Source of the DNA: Candidatus Latescibacterota bacterium
Lineage (GTDB): Bacteria; Latescibacterota; UBA2968
DNA length: 64,000 nt
Direction of reading: 5' to 3'
Assembly (NCBI GenBank): GCA_965204375.1
Contig: OZ241986.1
Coordinates: forward strand, 1,952,001-2,016,000
The notes under the pieces: generated by a model
The model's database searches: none
What the model saw: only the letters and a program-made list of their open reading frames with translations
Told to the model about the DNA's origin: nothing
Shown here: positions 36,782 to 47,115 of the stretch, piece after piece
Numbering within the stretch: position 1 is the stretch's first letter
Layout of the letters: the number at the start of each line of letters is the position of its first letter
Made by a program: the position numbers and the translations under genes

Positions 36782-38558
36782 TTTCGTTTTTTTTAACTCC
36801 CATATTCCGAAATTGCAAATCGCACAACTCGCGATAAATTCCACCCCTATCAAACAAAGCCCCATGCGTTCCGCGCTGCGCGATCTCGCCACGATCCAGC
36901 ACCAGAATGCAATCCGCATGTTGCACTGTTGACAACCGATGTGCAATAATAAACGTCGTGCGTCCCGCCATCAGCCGTTCCAAAGCCTGTTGCACCTGTG
37001 CTTCTGAAGCCGAATCCAGCGATGAAGTGGCTTCATCCAGCAACAAAATGCGCGCGTCTTTCAACAGAGCACGCGCAATCGCAACCCTCTGCCGCTGTCC
37101 CCCACTCAATTTCACGCCCTTTTCCCCAACCAACGCACCGTACCCATCTGGCAATTCCACAATAAAATCGTGGGCATTCGCATCTCGGGCTGCCTGCTCA
37201 ACCTCATCATCCGTCGCATCCAATCGCCCGTATCGGATATTTTCACCAATGGAGGTACCAAACAAATCCACATCCTGTGATACCAGCGCGATCTGTTCGC
37301 GCAGCGATACAATCTGCACATCGCGCACATCCACGCCATCCACGCGCACAACCCCAGAGGTCGCATCGTAAAACCTCGGAATCAGATTCATCAGCGTCGT
37401 TTTGCCCGCGCCACTCGCCCCCACAAGTGCTATCGTCTGCCCGGGCAGGGTCTCAAACGAAATCCCTTTGATCACCGGGCGGTCGGGCTGGTATCCAAAC
37501 CACACATCTTCAAACGCCACGGCACCGCGAACATCTGCAAGCGGAAACGCACCCTCGCCATCGGCAATCTCTGGTCGCGACTCGAGTAACTCAAAAATGT
37601 GTTCTGACGCGCCCACAGCAGAATTTAAGGACGCATAAAGACGCGTAATCCCCATCACAGATCGGGCAATATTCATCGCGTAAAAGATAAACGCCACCAG
37701 ATCGCCCGCCGATAAACGCCCGGCCAGCACCTCCGTGCCCCCATACCAGAAAATCACCACCAGCGCCAGCATAAAAAGAAATGCGATACAAGCCGAAAAA
37801 ACCGCTTCCATAATCACGCGATAGCGCGACGTGCGAAACAAATCTTCGTTTGCCTCGCCATATCGATTCACCTCAAAAACTTCGCGTGCAAACGCCTTGA
37901 CAACCCGCACAGCCGACAGGGCTTCTTCGGCAATCGCAGTCGTATCGCCCAACCGATCCTGCACCGTGCGAGATAACTCGCGGATGCGCTGTCCAAAATA
38001 GCGCGTCCCAACAGCGGCAACTGGCGCGGCAGCAAACACCACCAGACTCAATCGCCAATTGAGAGCAACCATAGCCGCCACAGAGCCAACAGTCATAATC
38101 CCCGTCATCAAAACCTGCGAAATAGCCCCCGTCGCGGCATTTCTGATAGCTCCCACATCATTTGTCAGACGCGACATGAGTTCGCCCAACCTGTGATCAG
38201 CATAAAAGCGAAGCCCCAAAAGGTGCAAATGCGCGTAAACCTTCTTTCGCAGATCCGTCACCACGCGCTCACCCACCCAGGAAATCCAGTAATGGCTACC
38301 CACATGCAAAAGCGACTGAAGCACAAACAGCACCAGCATGCCAAGTGCCAGCAAATCCAACTGGTGTCTATCCCCCTGCTCAAACACGGAATCCAATAGC
38401 GACCGCAAGCCCAGCGGAATCATCAGCCACACACCTGAGGAAAACGCGGTAAATACCAGCCCCAGAACGAGCCGAAATAGGTATGGCCGGGCAAAAGCAA
38501 AAATGCGCTTCCACGCCAGCCACAATGCTACGGGGGAATATGTCTGGTTCTTATTCAT
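36774..38558 (-). CDS. MsbA-like ABC exporter (fused permease/ATPase)
   Basis: Six TM segments, GASGAGKT, LSGGQRQR, LLLDEATS, AHRLST. Confidence 0.92.
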   Translation of the reverse strand: MNKNQTYSPVALWLAWKRIFAFARPYLFRLVLGLVFTAFSSGVWLMIPLGLRSLLDSVFEQGDRHQLDLLALGMLVLFVLQSLLHVGSHYWISWVGERVVTDLRKKVYAHLHLLGLRFYADHRLGELMSRLTNDVGAIRNAATGAISQVLMTGIMTVGSVAAMVALNWRLSLVVFAAAPVAAVGTRYFGQRIRELSRTVQDRLGDTTAIAEEALSAVRVVKAFAREVFEVNRYGEANEDLFRTSRYRVIMEAVFSACIAFLFMLALVVIFWYGGTEVLAGRLSAGDLVAFIFYAMNIARSVMGITRLYASLNSAVGASEHIFELLESRPEIADGEGAFPLADVRGAVAFEDVWFGYQPDRPVIKGISFETLPGQTIALVGASGAGKTTLMNLIPRFYDATSGVVRVDGVDVRDVQIVSLREQIALVSQDVDLFGTSIGENIRYGRLDATDDEVEQAARDANAHDFIVELPDGYGALVGEKGVKLSGGQRQRVAIARALLKDARILLLDEATSSLDSASEAQVQQALERLMAGRTTFIIAHRLSTVQHADCILVLDRGEIAQRGTHGALFDRGGIYRELCDLQFRNMGVKKNEII

Positions 38559-38588
38559 AAAAAGCTTTCAGCAGTCAGCAAAAACCTT

Positions 38589-38621
38589 CTGGACCGCGGC
38601 TCAACACCATGCCGCGATGAC
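38589..38621 (-). repeat. About 33-nt hairpin repeat, copy 2
   Basis: Reverse complement gtcatcgcggcatggtgttgagccgcggtccag matches 22847-22879. Confidence 0.75.
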
Positions 38622-38648
38622 GACGGCCTTTGAACTATTCATCTCACC

Positions 38649-38680
38649 TTTTATCTGTGTCTATCTGCGTTTATCTGCGG
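38649..38680. repeat. 10-nt period tandem repeat (TTATCTGCGT-like) overlapping the stop codon of the hydantoinase B gene
   Basis: ttatctgtgt ctatctgcgt ttatctgcgg. Confidence 0.7.
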
Positions 38681-40376
38681 ATACTTTTTGCCTCAAAACA
38701 GCGGTCTCCTCAACATCCACCTCGAGATCAGCCGTAATTGCCACGCCATAAGCGTCTCGCGCAGCTTCTATCGATAGCCGTTCCTGTACGACATCCTCCA
38801 GCACTCTTTGGGGATCGCGTTCAAAAGGCGACCCATAGCCTCCACCGCCCGGAATACGCAATGTCACCGACTGCCCGGGTTGGAGATCATAGCGCCCCTT
38901 TGGCGGCAGAACAGTACCATCCGACAAAAAAAGTTCGCCGCACCTGCCATCGCGCCCTCCCAAAAAACCGCGCGGCGCATAGCGCGTGCGATCGTACATA
39001 CACGAATGCAGCGCGGGATGATCAGAGTCAACAGACAACACCATCTCCTGCCCCAGACCACCCCGAAAAGTACCCGCACCTCCAGAATCCGGAATCAACG
39101 CGCGCCTGTGCATAATCACCGGCGACACGGACTCAATCGCTTCGGCAGGCACGCCCTTAATCCCGCTGGGAAAAGCCGTCGCCGAAATCCCATCGTCGCC
39201 GGGACGCGCGCCCATACCCCCCGCGGAAAAAAAGATATATGCAAAGCGTTCACCCGTGCGACCTATCCCCTCCAACTGCGTATTCCAAAGCCCAGCCGAT
39301 CCATCGGCAATCACCCGATCGGGAATCGCCTGAGACAGTGCTCCAAACAGCGGTTGTGAAAGAAAATGCCCAACCAGATGCCGCGCACCCACGGCACAGG
39401 GAAATTGCGCGTTTAAGATACATCCCTCGGGTGCCGTAACTGTTATGGGACGAAAACTGCCTTCATTATTGGGAATATGCGGACTAATGGCGCATTTCAA
39501 GGGATAAGTCGTATAGGCATGCGTATAATTGTACACCACATTGATCCCGCGATCTACCTGTGACGACGTGCCCGTATAATCAACAATCAAACTGCGATCT
39601 TCGACAATAACTTTTGCGCGAATAACCAGCGGTCTATCGTACCCATCGAGTTTCACCTCATCCTCATAAACGCCATTTGCAATCTCCGAAATCGCCTCTC
39701 GAGTTGCCGCTTCTGACCGATCCAAAATCAGCGTCGATAACCCTTCGATATCTGCGAGATCGTAATGTTCCAGAGCCTGAAGCAACTTGACAGCCCCCAC
39801 ATCATTCCCCGCCTGCTGCGCGTACAAATCGCCGACTACCTGATCAGGCTCGCGCACATTTGCCCGCACAATTGCGATCAAATCGCGATTGATCTCCCCT
39901 TCATCAAACAATTTCATAATCGGGATATTCAGGCCCTCTTCATACACCTGACGCGCACCGGCCCCCAGCGTGCGACCGCCAATATCCATTGCGTGGCAGG
40001 TATTGGCAAACCACCCCACCCCCCGGTCCCGATAAAAAACGGGCGTAACAACCGTAATATCGTGCAAATGCCCCGATCCCAGCCACGGATCATTGGTGAG
40101 CAAACTATCGCCGGGTTTCAGCGTATCAATCGGATACGCCTTCACAAAATGCCGCACGCAATTCGCCATTGTATTGATATGCCCCGGCGTTCCCGTCACC
40201 GCTTGTGCCAGCATATTGCCCGCGCGGTCAAACACCCCCGCAGACAAATCGCCAGCCTCGCGCACCACCGTTGTAAAAGAAGCATGCATCAATGCTGCTG
40301 CCTGCTCATTCACAATAGAAATAAGGCGATTCCAAAGCACTTCTAACTCAACCGCATCGATCTCGCGCCCCGTCAT
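38661..40376 (-). CDS. Hydantoinase B/oxoprolinase-family subunit
   Basis: NDPW.G.GHLHD, HAMDIGG, EEGL.IP, DSGGAG..RGG, PGGGGYG. Confidence 0.92.
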   Translation of the reverse strand: MTGREIDAVELEVLWNRLISIVNEQAAALMHASFTTVVREAGDLSAGVFDRAGNMLAQAVTGTPGHINTMANCVRHFVKAYPIDTLKPGDSLLTNDPWLGSGHLHDITVVTPVFYRDRGVGWFANTCHAMDIGGRTLGAGARQVYEEGLNIPIMKLFDEGEINRDLIAIVRANVREPDQVVGDLYAQQAGNDVGAVKLLQALEHYDLADIEGLSTLILDRSEAATREAISEIANGVYEDEVKLDGYDRPLVIRAKVIVEDRSLIVDYTGTSSQVDRGINVVYNYTHAYTTYPLKCAISPHIPNNEGSFRPITVTAPEGCILNAQFPCAVGARHLVGHFLSQPLFGALSQAIPDRVIADGSAGLWNTQLEGIGRTGERFAYIFFSAGGMGARPGDDGISATAFPSGIKGVPAEAIESVSPVIMHRRALIPDSGGAGTFRGGLGQEMVLSVDSDHPALHSCMYDRTRYAPRGFLGGRDGRCGELFLSDGTVLPPKGRYDLQPGQSVTLRIPGGGGYGSPFERDPQRVLEDVVQERLSIEAARDAYGVAITADLEVDVEETAVLRQKVSADKRR

Positions 40377-42448
40377 ACATCCTCCCTGATGAGAATCAGG
40401 TTATCCGTATCATCGACATGCAACACCCATCCGGGCGGCAATACTGTAGTGGATTCAACTTCCTCGACAATAGCGGGACCTTGCAAAACAGCCCCTCTTC
40501 CGAGTTTGTCTCGCCTGTAAACCAAAGTCCCGTATTTCCCTTCCGAAAAAAGAACGTCGCGCTGTCCCTCAGCGCGCTGACCACCTGCGTCTCCAACAGA
40601 TGCAACATCGCAAATTTCCGGCTCTGGCCCCGAAACCGTCACGCGCCAGTGGATAGCCTCAACGGGAACTCCCTCACACAGACGTCCGTATAATTTTTTA
40701 TAAGACGCATCAAAAGCCGCTTGAAGCGCGCCATCGGAACTTTCCGTGAATTCTCCCAGAGGCACGGGAACGCTTATCTCATGCCCCTGCCCCACATATC
40801 GCATATCTGAAGAGCGTACCACGCGGATCTCAGAATCATCAATCCCCGCCTCTCGCACAAGCGCGCGGCCTTCATCTTCCATCTCTCCATAGAGCTTATT
40901 GACAACCTCACGATCCAACGCAGCGATCCGCGACACAAAACTCCGCACATAATCAAAAGCAATGGGCGCGAGCATCAAACCAAAAGCCGACCCAACACCC
41001 GCAGCTGGCGGCACAATCACCCTGTCAATCCCCAACCGCATCGCAACCCCGCATGCGTGTACAGGACCAGCCCCACCCGTTGCGACAAGCGCGTATCCAT
41101 TCAAATCGATCCCGCGCTCAGCAGCGTGAACCCGCGCGGCATTGGCCATATTTTCATTCACCAAATCGTGAATTCCCTGTGCGGCACGCACGCGATCCAA
41201 TCCGGTAAATTGTGCAAATTCATCAACTGCATCCGCAGCGCGATCCACATCCAGATCCATTTGTCCGCCCAAAAAATACCCGGCATTCAAATAGCCCAAC
41301 AAAAGATCGGCATCCGTCACCGTAGGCAACTGCCCCCCACGCGCATAACAGGCAGGACCGGGATCTGCCCCCGCACTCTGCGGCCCAACCGTGGGCAAAC
41401 CCAATTCACTCGCATGCGCGGTACTGCCCCCACCTGCTCCAATCTCGATCATATCGAGCACGGGCACGAGCAAAGGCAACCCGCTGCCGCGCTTGAAGCG
41501 ATAAACCCTTGCCACTTCTGATTCAGTCGTAATGGGAAACGCCCCATTTTCGCTCAAAATGGCCTTTGCCGTCGTACCTCCCATATCAAATGCGAGAATC
41601 TGCCGATACCCCGACCGATTGCCATAATGCGCCGCGGCAAGCGCGCCGCCGCATGGACCGGATTCCACGAGACGCACGGGAAAGCGCACCGCGGTCTGCA
41701 CCGAACACGACCCGCCGTTAGAGAGCATAATATGCAGCGGTGCCAAAATCCCCAGTGCCTTTAACCCATCTTCCAAACGCGCGAGATATTTTTCCACCAT
41801 AGGCTGCACATAAGCATTTGCCACAGTCGTAGAAGTGCGCTCAAATTCTCGAAGTTCGGCGGCAACCCTGTGCGAAACCGAAATGCCTACACCGGGCATA
41901 AGAGAGCGCACAATTTCCTCTGCCCGGCGTTCGTGATCGGGATTGACATAAGCGTGCAAAAATGCAATGGCAACCGCCTCCACCCCGCCCTCGCGCAGCA
42001 CCTCACAGGCTTTGACCACATCACCTTCATTTAATGGCGTCATCACCTCGCCACGCGCGTACAGCCGCTCCCGCACCTCAACGCGCAACCGCCTTTCAAC
42101 GAGCGGTTCGGGCAATTTCAAAAACAAATCGTAGATATCGTAACGCCCCTCGCGCCCAATTTCCAGCGCGTCTCGAAAACCCGCTGTCGCAATCAGTCCG
42201 GTCTTAGCCCCCCGGCGCTCAATCAGCGCGTTTGTCACCAGCGTCGTACCGTGAACCGCACGGGAAATCGCGCCGGGCGACACCCCATCGAGCACCTCTT
42301 TCACACCTTCCAGCACACTGACCGAAGGGTCTGGAGACTGCGTCAACACCTTCGCCACAGACAAAACACCCGAAGCGTGTTCTCTCAACACAACATCTGT
42401 AAACGTACCGCCGATATCTATTGCAAGTGTATATGCCTCCTCATTCAC
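40373..42448 (-). CDS. Hydantoinase A/oxoprolinase-family ATP-binding subunit
   Basis: DIGGTFTD, HGTTLVTNALIER, ESGP, DMGGTTAK, IGAGGGS, GPACY. GTG start 7 nt after AGGAG (alternative ATG 42454). Confidence 0.93.
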   Translation of the reverse strand: MNEEAYTLAIDIGGTFTDVVLREHASGVLSVAKVLTQSPDPSVSVLEGVKEVLDGVSPGAISRAVHGTTLVTNALIERRGAKTGLIATAGFRDALEIGREGRYDIYDLFLKLPEPLVERRLRVEVRERLYARGEVMTPLNEGDVVKACEVLREGGVEAVAIAFLHAYVNPDHERRAEEIVRSLMPGVGISVSHRVAAELREFERTSTTVANAYVQPMVEKYLARLEDGLKALGILAPLHIMLSNGGSCSVQTAVRFPVRLVESGPCGGALAAAHYGNRSGYRQILAFDMGGTTAKAILSENGAFPITTESEVARVYRFKRGSGLPLLVPVLDMIEIGAGGGSTAHASELGLPTVGPQSAGADPGPACYARGGQLPTVTDADLLLGYLNAGYFLGGQMDLDVDRAADAVDEFAQFTGLDRVRAAQGIHDLVNENMANAARVHAAERGIDLNGYALVATGGAGPVHACGVAMRLGIDRVIVPPAAGVGSAFGLMLAPIAFDYVRSFVSRIAALDREVVNKLYGEMEDEGRALVREAGIDDSEIRVVRSSDMRYVGQGHEISVPVPLGEFTESSDGALQAAFDASYKKLYGRLCEGVPVEAIHWRVTVSGPEPEICDVASVGDAGGQRAEGQRDVLFSEGKYGTLVYRRDKLGRGAVLQGPAIVEEVESTTVLPPGWVLHVDDTDNLILIREDV

Positions 42449-42526
42449 CCTCATACTCCTTTGCATTTTTATTTGTTTCGCGTAAAATAAAGAACAGCCC
42501 CTTTACCAACAAAGACAAAATTGACC

Positions 42527-42555
42527 TTGACAAGCCATGATCCTTTTTGTAATTT
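42527..42555 (+). promoter_or_regulatory. Sigma70-like promoter of tRNA-Gly
   Basis: TTGACA-17 nt-TAATTT. Confidence 0.6.
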
Positions 42556-42572
42556 TTGAGTCCTCATAATGA

Positions 42573-42649
42573 GCGGGAATAGCTCAGCTGGCTAGAGCAT
42601 CTGCTTGCCATGCAGAAGGTCGCGGGTTCGAATCCCGTTTCCCGCTCCA
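42573..42649 (+). tRNA. tRNA-Gly(GCC)
   Basis: Acceptor stem GCGGGAA/TTCCCGC, U73 discriminator, encoded CCA, anticodon stem TCTGC/GCAGA with loop TTGCCAT, GTTCGAATC T-loop. Confidence 0.97.
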
Positions 42650-42656
42650 TTAATCC

Positions 42657-42683
42657 AACCCGTTAAATTAACGGGTTTTTTTT
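42657..42683 (+). terminator. Intrinsic terminator after tRNA
   Basis: aacccgttaa-a-ttaacgggtt followed by a T run. Confidence 0.85.
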
Positions 42684-42697
42684 GTGGAGCAAACCGC

Positions 42698-43837
42698 TTG
42701 TCGTCAGCACTTGCCCGAGAAATAACCAACCTGCGCCTGCCCGCGCTTGCCCTCTGGGCACCAGGCCCGCACATGCTCACCCCGGCGGTCCGCAGGGTTT
42801 TGCAAACATATCAGGCGACCTATTCCCACCGATCCACTGCATTTCAAGCCTGCTATCAAAAAGCAGTGGATTTGCTGCGCGAGATTTTTCAAATACCACG
42901 CGGATTTACGCCGCTCATCTTCGGTCACACTGGCAGCTACAACTGGGAAATGGTCGTCACCAATACGCCCTGCAATAGCGCAACACTGGGTCTGGACATC
43001 GGTGCTTTTTCCCAAAAATGGGCACAGGTCTTCACAAGTCACGGACGCAACATCGACATCTTAAAAGCCGACTGGGGCGAAGGCATCTGCGCTCGGACCT
43101 GGTTTAACGCCATTGCCAAAAACTACGATCTCGCTCTTTTGACCCACAACGAAACATCTACCGGTGTTATGCTACCCGTACAGGAAATGTGTGACACCAT
43201 CCGCAACACATCTCCCAAAACCCTGATTGCCATTGACGCAGTCAGCATTGCAGGGGCATCAGATACACCGATTGAGACCCTGCGCCCCGACTACTATCTC
43301 TGGAGCCTGCAAAAAGACTTTGCGTGTCCCACCATCGGCTCTGTCATGATTGTATCAGACCGCGCGTTTGACATCGCAGCCAACACGCCAAACCGCGGTT
43401 ATGTCCTGGACTTGATCGAATGGCGAACGCGCGCAAAAACAGCCCAAACCCCGATGACCGTACCCGACCTTACTTTACAATGCCTGAGTGCTCGCCTCGA
43501 AGAAATGAAACGAGAAGGCGACCAGCGCTTCAAACGCCACGAGAGCCTCGCCCACATGCAACGCGAATGGGCAAAAAAACACGACCTGAGCCTCCTGGCC
43601 AAACCGGGATACGAGAGCCTGACCGTAAATGCCATCCTCTTACCGGACCACATTTCGGGTTCCGATTTCGTCGATCGCGCAAAAAAATTGCTCAATGTTC
43701 AACTCGCCCCGGGCTATGGCGATACCAGAGACAAAGCCTTTCGCATTGCAGCTATGGGCCACACATCGGAACGCGATATGCGGCGCGTACTCAAGGGCCT
43801 CTCGCTCATCCTCAACAACTGGTCAAAACTCGAGTAA
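42698..43837 (+). CDS. Class V PLP aminotransferase (serine-pyruvate/alanine-glyoxylate-like)
   Basis: PGP, HRS, HNETSTGV, IDAVS, SLQK (PLP Lys), FRIAAMG. Likely TTG start after GGAG. Confidence 0.88.
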   Translation: MSSALAREITNLRLPALALWAPGPHMLTPAVRRVLQTYQATYSHRSTAFQACYQKAVDLLREIFQIPRGFTPLIFGHTGSYNWEMVVTNTPCNSATLGLDIGAFSQKWAQVFTSHGRNIDILKADWGEGICARTWFNAIAKNYDLALLTHNETSTGVMLPVQEMCDTIRNTSPKTLIAIDAVSIAGASDTPIETLRPDYYLWSLQKDFACPTIGSVMIVSDRAFDIAANTPNRGYVLDLIEWRTRAKTAQTPMTVPDLTLQCLSARLEEMKREGDQRFKRHESLAHMQREWAKKHDLSLLAKPGYESLTVNAILLPDHISGSDFVDRAKKLLNVQLAPGYGDTRDKAFRIAAMGHTSERDMRRVLKGLSLILNNWSKLE

Positions 43838-43841
43838 TCCC

Positions 43842-44666
43842 ATGCCACCTCCCACCTCCATGATCTGCCCAGGCTGTGGCTACCTCATCAATACCGATGA
43901 GAAAAAATGCCCCCATTGCGGTGCTTATAATCCCAACCTCTGGGGTATCGGTCCCGCGCTGAACCGCCTTTTTGGCGGTCGCATCGATGTCCTCACCCTG
44001 ATACCCACCGCGTGTATTGCCCTTTACGCAGTCAGTCTATTGCTCGACCTCGGCGCCGCACTGTCGATGGGCGGCGGGCTTTTTGGCATGCTAAGCCCCG
44101 GCAATATCCCGCTGATCGTTCTCGGCATGACCCACGGCGAAGCACCCTGGTGGACCGTACTCACCGCGACATATCTCCACGGCAGCCTCCTCCACATCCT
44201 GTTCAACGTCTTGTGGATCCGGCAACTCGGTCCCGAGGTCGGGCAGTTCTTTGGACCCGCGCGCTATTTTATCATCTACACAGTCGCAGGGGCTGTCGGC
44301 TTTATCCTATCCAATCTGATCTCTGGCTACCCCACCGTAGGCGCTTCAGGGGCTATTTTTGGACTTTTTGCCGCCATCATTGTGTACGGCCGCAAGCACA
44401 AAACACAGATGATGTCACTCATGACGCGGCAGATGTGGCAATGGGCCATCATGCTATTTGTCCTGGGCTTTCTCATGAGCGGCGTCAACAACTGGGCGCA
44501 TCTGGGTGGTTTTATCGGCGGCTGGATCGCAGCACAAATCCTCGTGTCAAGTGCAGAATACCGCGAAGGGCGCATCACCATTCTCATAGCCCTGATCTGT
44601 CTCCTCCTCACCGTCCTCGGCTTTGTCCTCTCAATTTTAGAATACTTCCCACTTCTCCTGTCCTGA
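43842..44666 (+). CDS. Rhomboid intramembrane serine protease with N-terminal zinc ribbon
   Basis: CPGC...CPHC; HILFN, GASG (Ser), AHLGG (His). Confidence 0.9.
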   Translation: MPPPTSMICPGCGYLINTDEKKCPHCGAYNPNLWGIGPALNRLFGGRIDVLTLIPTACIALYAVSLLLDLGAALSMGGGLFGMLSPGNIPLIVLGMTHGEAPWWTVLTATYLHGSLLHILFNVLWIRQLGPEVGQFFGPARYFIIYTVAGAVGFILSNLISGYPTVGASGAIFGLFAAIIVYGRKHKTQMMSLMTRQMWQWAIMLFVLGFLMSGVNNWAHLGGFIGGWIAAQILVSSAEYREGRITILIALICLLLTVLGFVLSILEYFPLLLS

Positions 44667-44673
44667 CACAAGC

Positions 44674-46281
44674 TCACTCCCTCAATCTCCCATCCACAGG
44701 CTCAGGTATCCATGAACCAGTAATACCCAGATCGCTGTGAATAACCTGGGCTGCATTATAACCCGGCAAACCAGTCACATTGCCGCCGGGATGACAGCAA
44801 GACCCACAAAGATACAGCCCTTCAAAATACCCGCGATAATGCCCGGCACCGGGAAAAGGACGGTTATAGCCCGTCTGCCCATTTGTAAACGCACCAACGA
44901 GCAAATCCCCCTCCCGCATATTGGGCAATGCACGCTCGACATCCAGTGGACTGCGAACAAAAGAATCGATCACACAATCCTTCAAATTCGGCGCGTATTC
45001 AGACCACATATCCAGCATATCGCGGCCAACCGCATCCCGCTGGCGATCCCAGTTTGCAGAATCGCCATACAGGTGAAACGGCAACTTCTGCCACATAAAC
45101 GCCGTGTGTTTGCCCAGAGGAGCCTGTGTGGCATCAAAATGCGTTGGACACGCGCCCCACATCACAGTAGGCGGAATCGTCCCCTTTTCGTGGTGGGCAA
45201 CAATATCCCCATATTGATCCGCGTGCTCCAGCCCCAGAATAACCATCAGCGCATCCGCCACTTCTGGGTGTTTTTCCACAGCGCAATAACGCGGCGGTTC
45301 ATCCAAATTCAAATGGAGTGCGAACAGCGGAGCCAGCATATTGTACTGAAATCTCTCGACCCGATTCTGCCAAGTATGGGGCAACGCCTCGCGGTCAATC
45401 AAATCGAGAAACGTCTGATGGGGATTCAAGCTGGACACGACCACAGGCGCTTTGATATACTTGCCATCCACCGTCTCAACACCTCTAACGCGATTATCCT
45501 CCACCACAATACGCCCGGGTTCGGTTTGCAACCAGATCTCGCCGCCCATCTCAGAAATAGCAGCAACCAGCGCGCGCGCCAGCCCTGCGGAACCGCCCAC
45601 ACACATCTGCGCTTTCCCCTTGCTCGCCAGCAAAGCTGGTATATGGTGTCCAAAACCTCTGGCGCGCAAATCCACTTCGCGCAGCCCATTAAAAAACAAC
45701 AACCCGGCTCGAATAATCGGGTGTTCAAATTCCCGATTTACAAACTCGAGCGGGGAAAGCGCGCTGACCTCGAGCAACATCTTTCCCTCTCGGGTCTGCG
45801 ACAGAATCTCTTGCCTCAGTTCTTGCGGCAAAGGCGGCGCCTGTGCCTCTACAGACAGAATATTTCGCACAACGGGATCAAACGCACCGCGCCATCGCCG
45901 AAGTGTCTGGACATCCTTCTTGCTAAACCGCGCAAAACTATCTTCGGTGCGTTCAAAATCCGTGTACCATTTCAGCACATCGCCATTTCTCAGCACAAGA
46001 GCCACATTCAGTTCGGGTTCAATATAGCGCGCACCATATCGTTCCAGATGCAAATCGCCAAACCACGGCATTTGCGTGATGGCGCGATGAAAAAAAGAAT
46101 GCGTATTGTGCAAAAAACCCGGATAACGGGGGTCTTCAACAGTCGCCAGCCCGCCTCCGGGTTTATCCGATCGCTCGAGGCAAATCACATTGAGTCCTGC
46201 GCGACACAAATACGCCTGCAAAATGAGGCCATTGTGCCCGGCACCCAGCACAATCGCATCAAAGCTTTTATCCTCTCCCAT
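44674..46281 (-). CDS. Phytoene dehydrogenase-like FAD-dependent oxidoreductase
   Basis: GAGHNGL, GLYLCGS..HPGGNVTG.PGYNAA. Confidence 0.88.
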   Translation of the reverse strand: MGEDKSFDAIVLGAGHNGLILQAYLCRAGLNVICLERSDKPGGGLATVEDPRYPGFLHNTHSFFHRAITQMPWFGDLHLERYGARYIEPELNVALVLRNGDVLKWYTDFERTEDSFARFSKKDVQTLRRWRGAFDPVVRNILSVEAQAPPLPQELRQEILSQTREGKMLLEVSALSPLEFVNREFEHPIIRAGLLFFNGLREVDLRARGFGHHIPALLASKGKAQMCVGGSAGLARALVAAISEMGGEIWLQTEPGRIVVEDNRVRGVETVDGKYIKAPVVVSSLNPHQTFLDLIDREALPHTWQNRVERFQYNMLAPLFALHLNLDEPPRYCAVEKHPEVADALMVILGLEHADQYGDIVAHHEKGTIPPTVMWGACPTHFDATQAPLGKHTAFMWQKLPFHLYGDSANWDRQRDAVGRDMLDMWSEYAPNLKDCVIDSFVRSPLDVERALPNMREGDLLVGAFTNGQTGYNRPFPGAGHYRGYFEGLYLCGSCCHPGGNVTGLPGYNAAQVIHSDLGITGSWIPEPVDGRLRE

Positions 46282-46286
46282 AGCTA

Positions 46287-47105
46287 TTACCAGTAGCGTT
46301 CTATATGTATCTGCCCGGGATCTCTCCGCTTGTGCTCCTTAAAACCCTCTGAAATCAAAATTTCTGTCACATCATCGCACATATAGGGATTACCACATAC
46401 AAACACATGCGTATCTTCCGGTGTTGGATGCCCACCCCAAACCTCATCGAGCGGGCCATCTGTCCACAAATTCTGCACATAGCCCGTATGCCCGCTCCAC
46501 GCCACATGCTCATTTGCCGGACGACTAATCTGGGGAATATAAATAAAATTAGCGCATAAATCCTGCATCATCTCCAATTCTGACCGATATCCCAGATCCC
46601 ATGAATGTCGCGCCCCGTGCAACACCACAAAACGCCGCTCTGTATTTTCTTTCAAATAAGTCCGAAGCATACTCATATAAGGCGCCAAGCCCGTACCCGT
46701 CGCCACCATCACGACATTTTTATTTGGCGGAACATCTTGCAGCGTAAACATGCCCGTAATTTTGGGGCCCAACCAGAGGCGGTCACCAATTTCGAGTGCA
46801 AATAGCCTGGGCGTCAACGCCCCTGACCTCACCAGAGTAATATAAAACTCGAGGTATTCTGTTGCCACCGAAGAAGATGCAATAGAATACGCCCGCCGGA
46901 TCAAGCCTCTCTGCGGCTTCTCATAATCTTCGGTAGGGTCTGAATACTCTGTGCGGGGTGCTTCGGGAGGCAATCCGATCACGCCAAATTGCCCGGCTTC
47001 AAAAGCTGGCAATTCCCATCCGTCGGGCACAACGCGAAGAATAATCAAATCGGGGGTCACTTCAAGACGCTGTGTCACAACGGCATTGAGTTCATCCTTC
47101 GGCAA
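46287..47105 (-). CDS. fpr: Ferredoxin-NADP+ reductase (bacterial Fpr type)
   Basis: RAYSIAS, GALTPRL, ATGTGLAPY, VCGNP, ERYW; TTG start after GGAGG. Confidence 0.88.
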   Translation of the reverse strand: MPKDELNAVVTQRLEVTPDLIILRVVPDGWELPAFEAGQFGVIGLPPEAPRTEYSDPTEDYEKPQRGLIRRAYSIASSSVATEYLEFYITLVRSGALTPRLFALEIGDRLWLGPKITGMFTLQDVPPNKNVVMVATGTGLAPYMSMLRTYLKENTERRFVVLHGARHSWDLGYRSELEMMQDLCANFIYIPQISRPANEHVAWSGHTGYVQNLWTDGPLDEVWGGHPTPEDTHVFVCGNPYMCDDVTEILISEGFKEHKRRDPGQIHIERYW

Positions 47106-47115
47106 ACCACCCTCC

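Noticed and set aside
42605-42697. Long start of the aminotransferase ORF
   Set aside because: It runs through the tRNA and its terminator; TTG 42698 has an RBS.
42573-42700. tRNA-Gly as an integration site
   Set aside because: No integrase and no duplicated tRNA 3' end seen; flanking genes look host-like.
44737-46296. 519-aa plus-strand ORF
   Set aside because: Antisense shadow of the FAD oxidoreductase, explained by codon bias; no recognisable domain.
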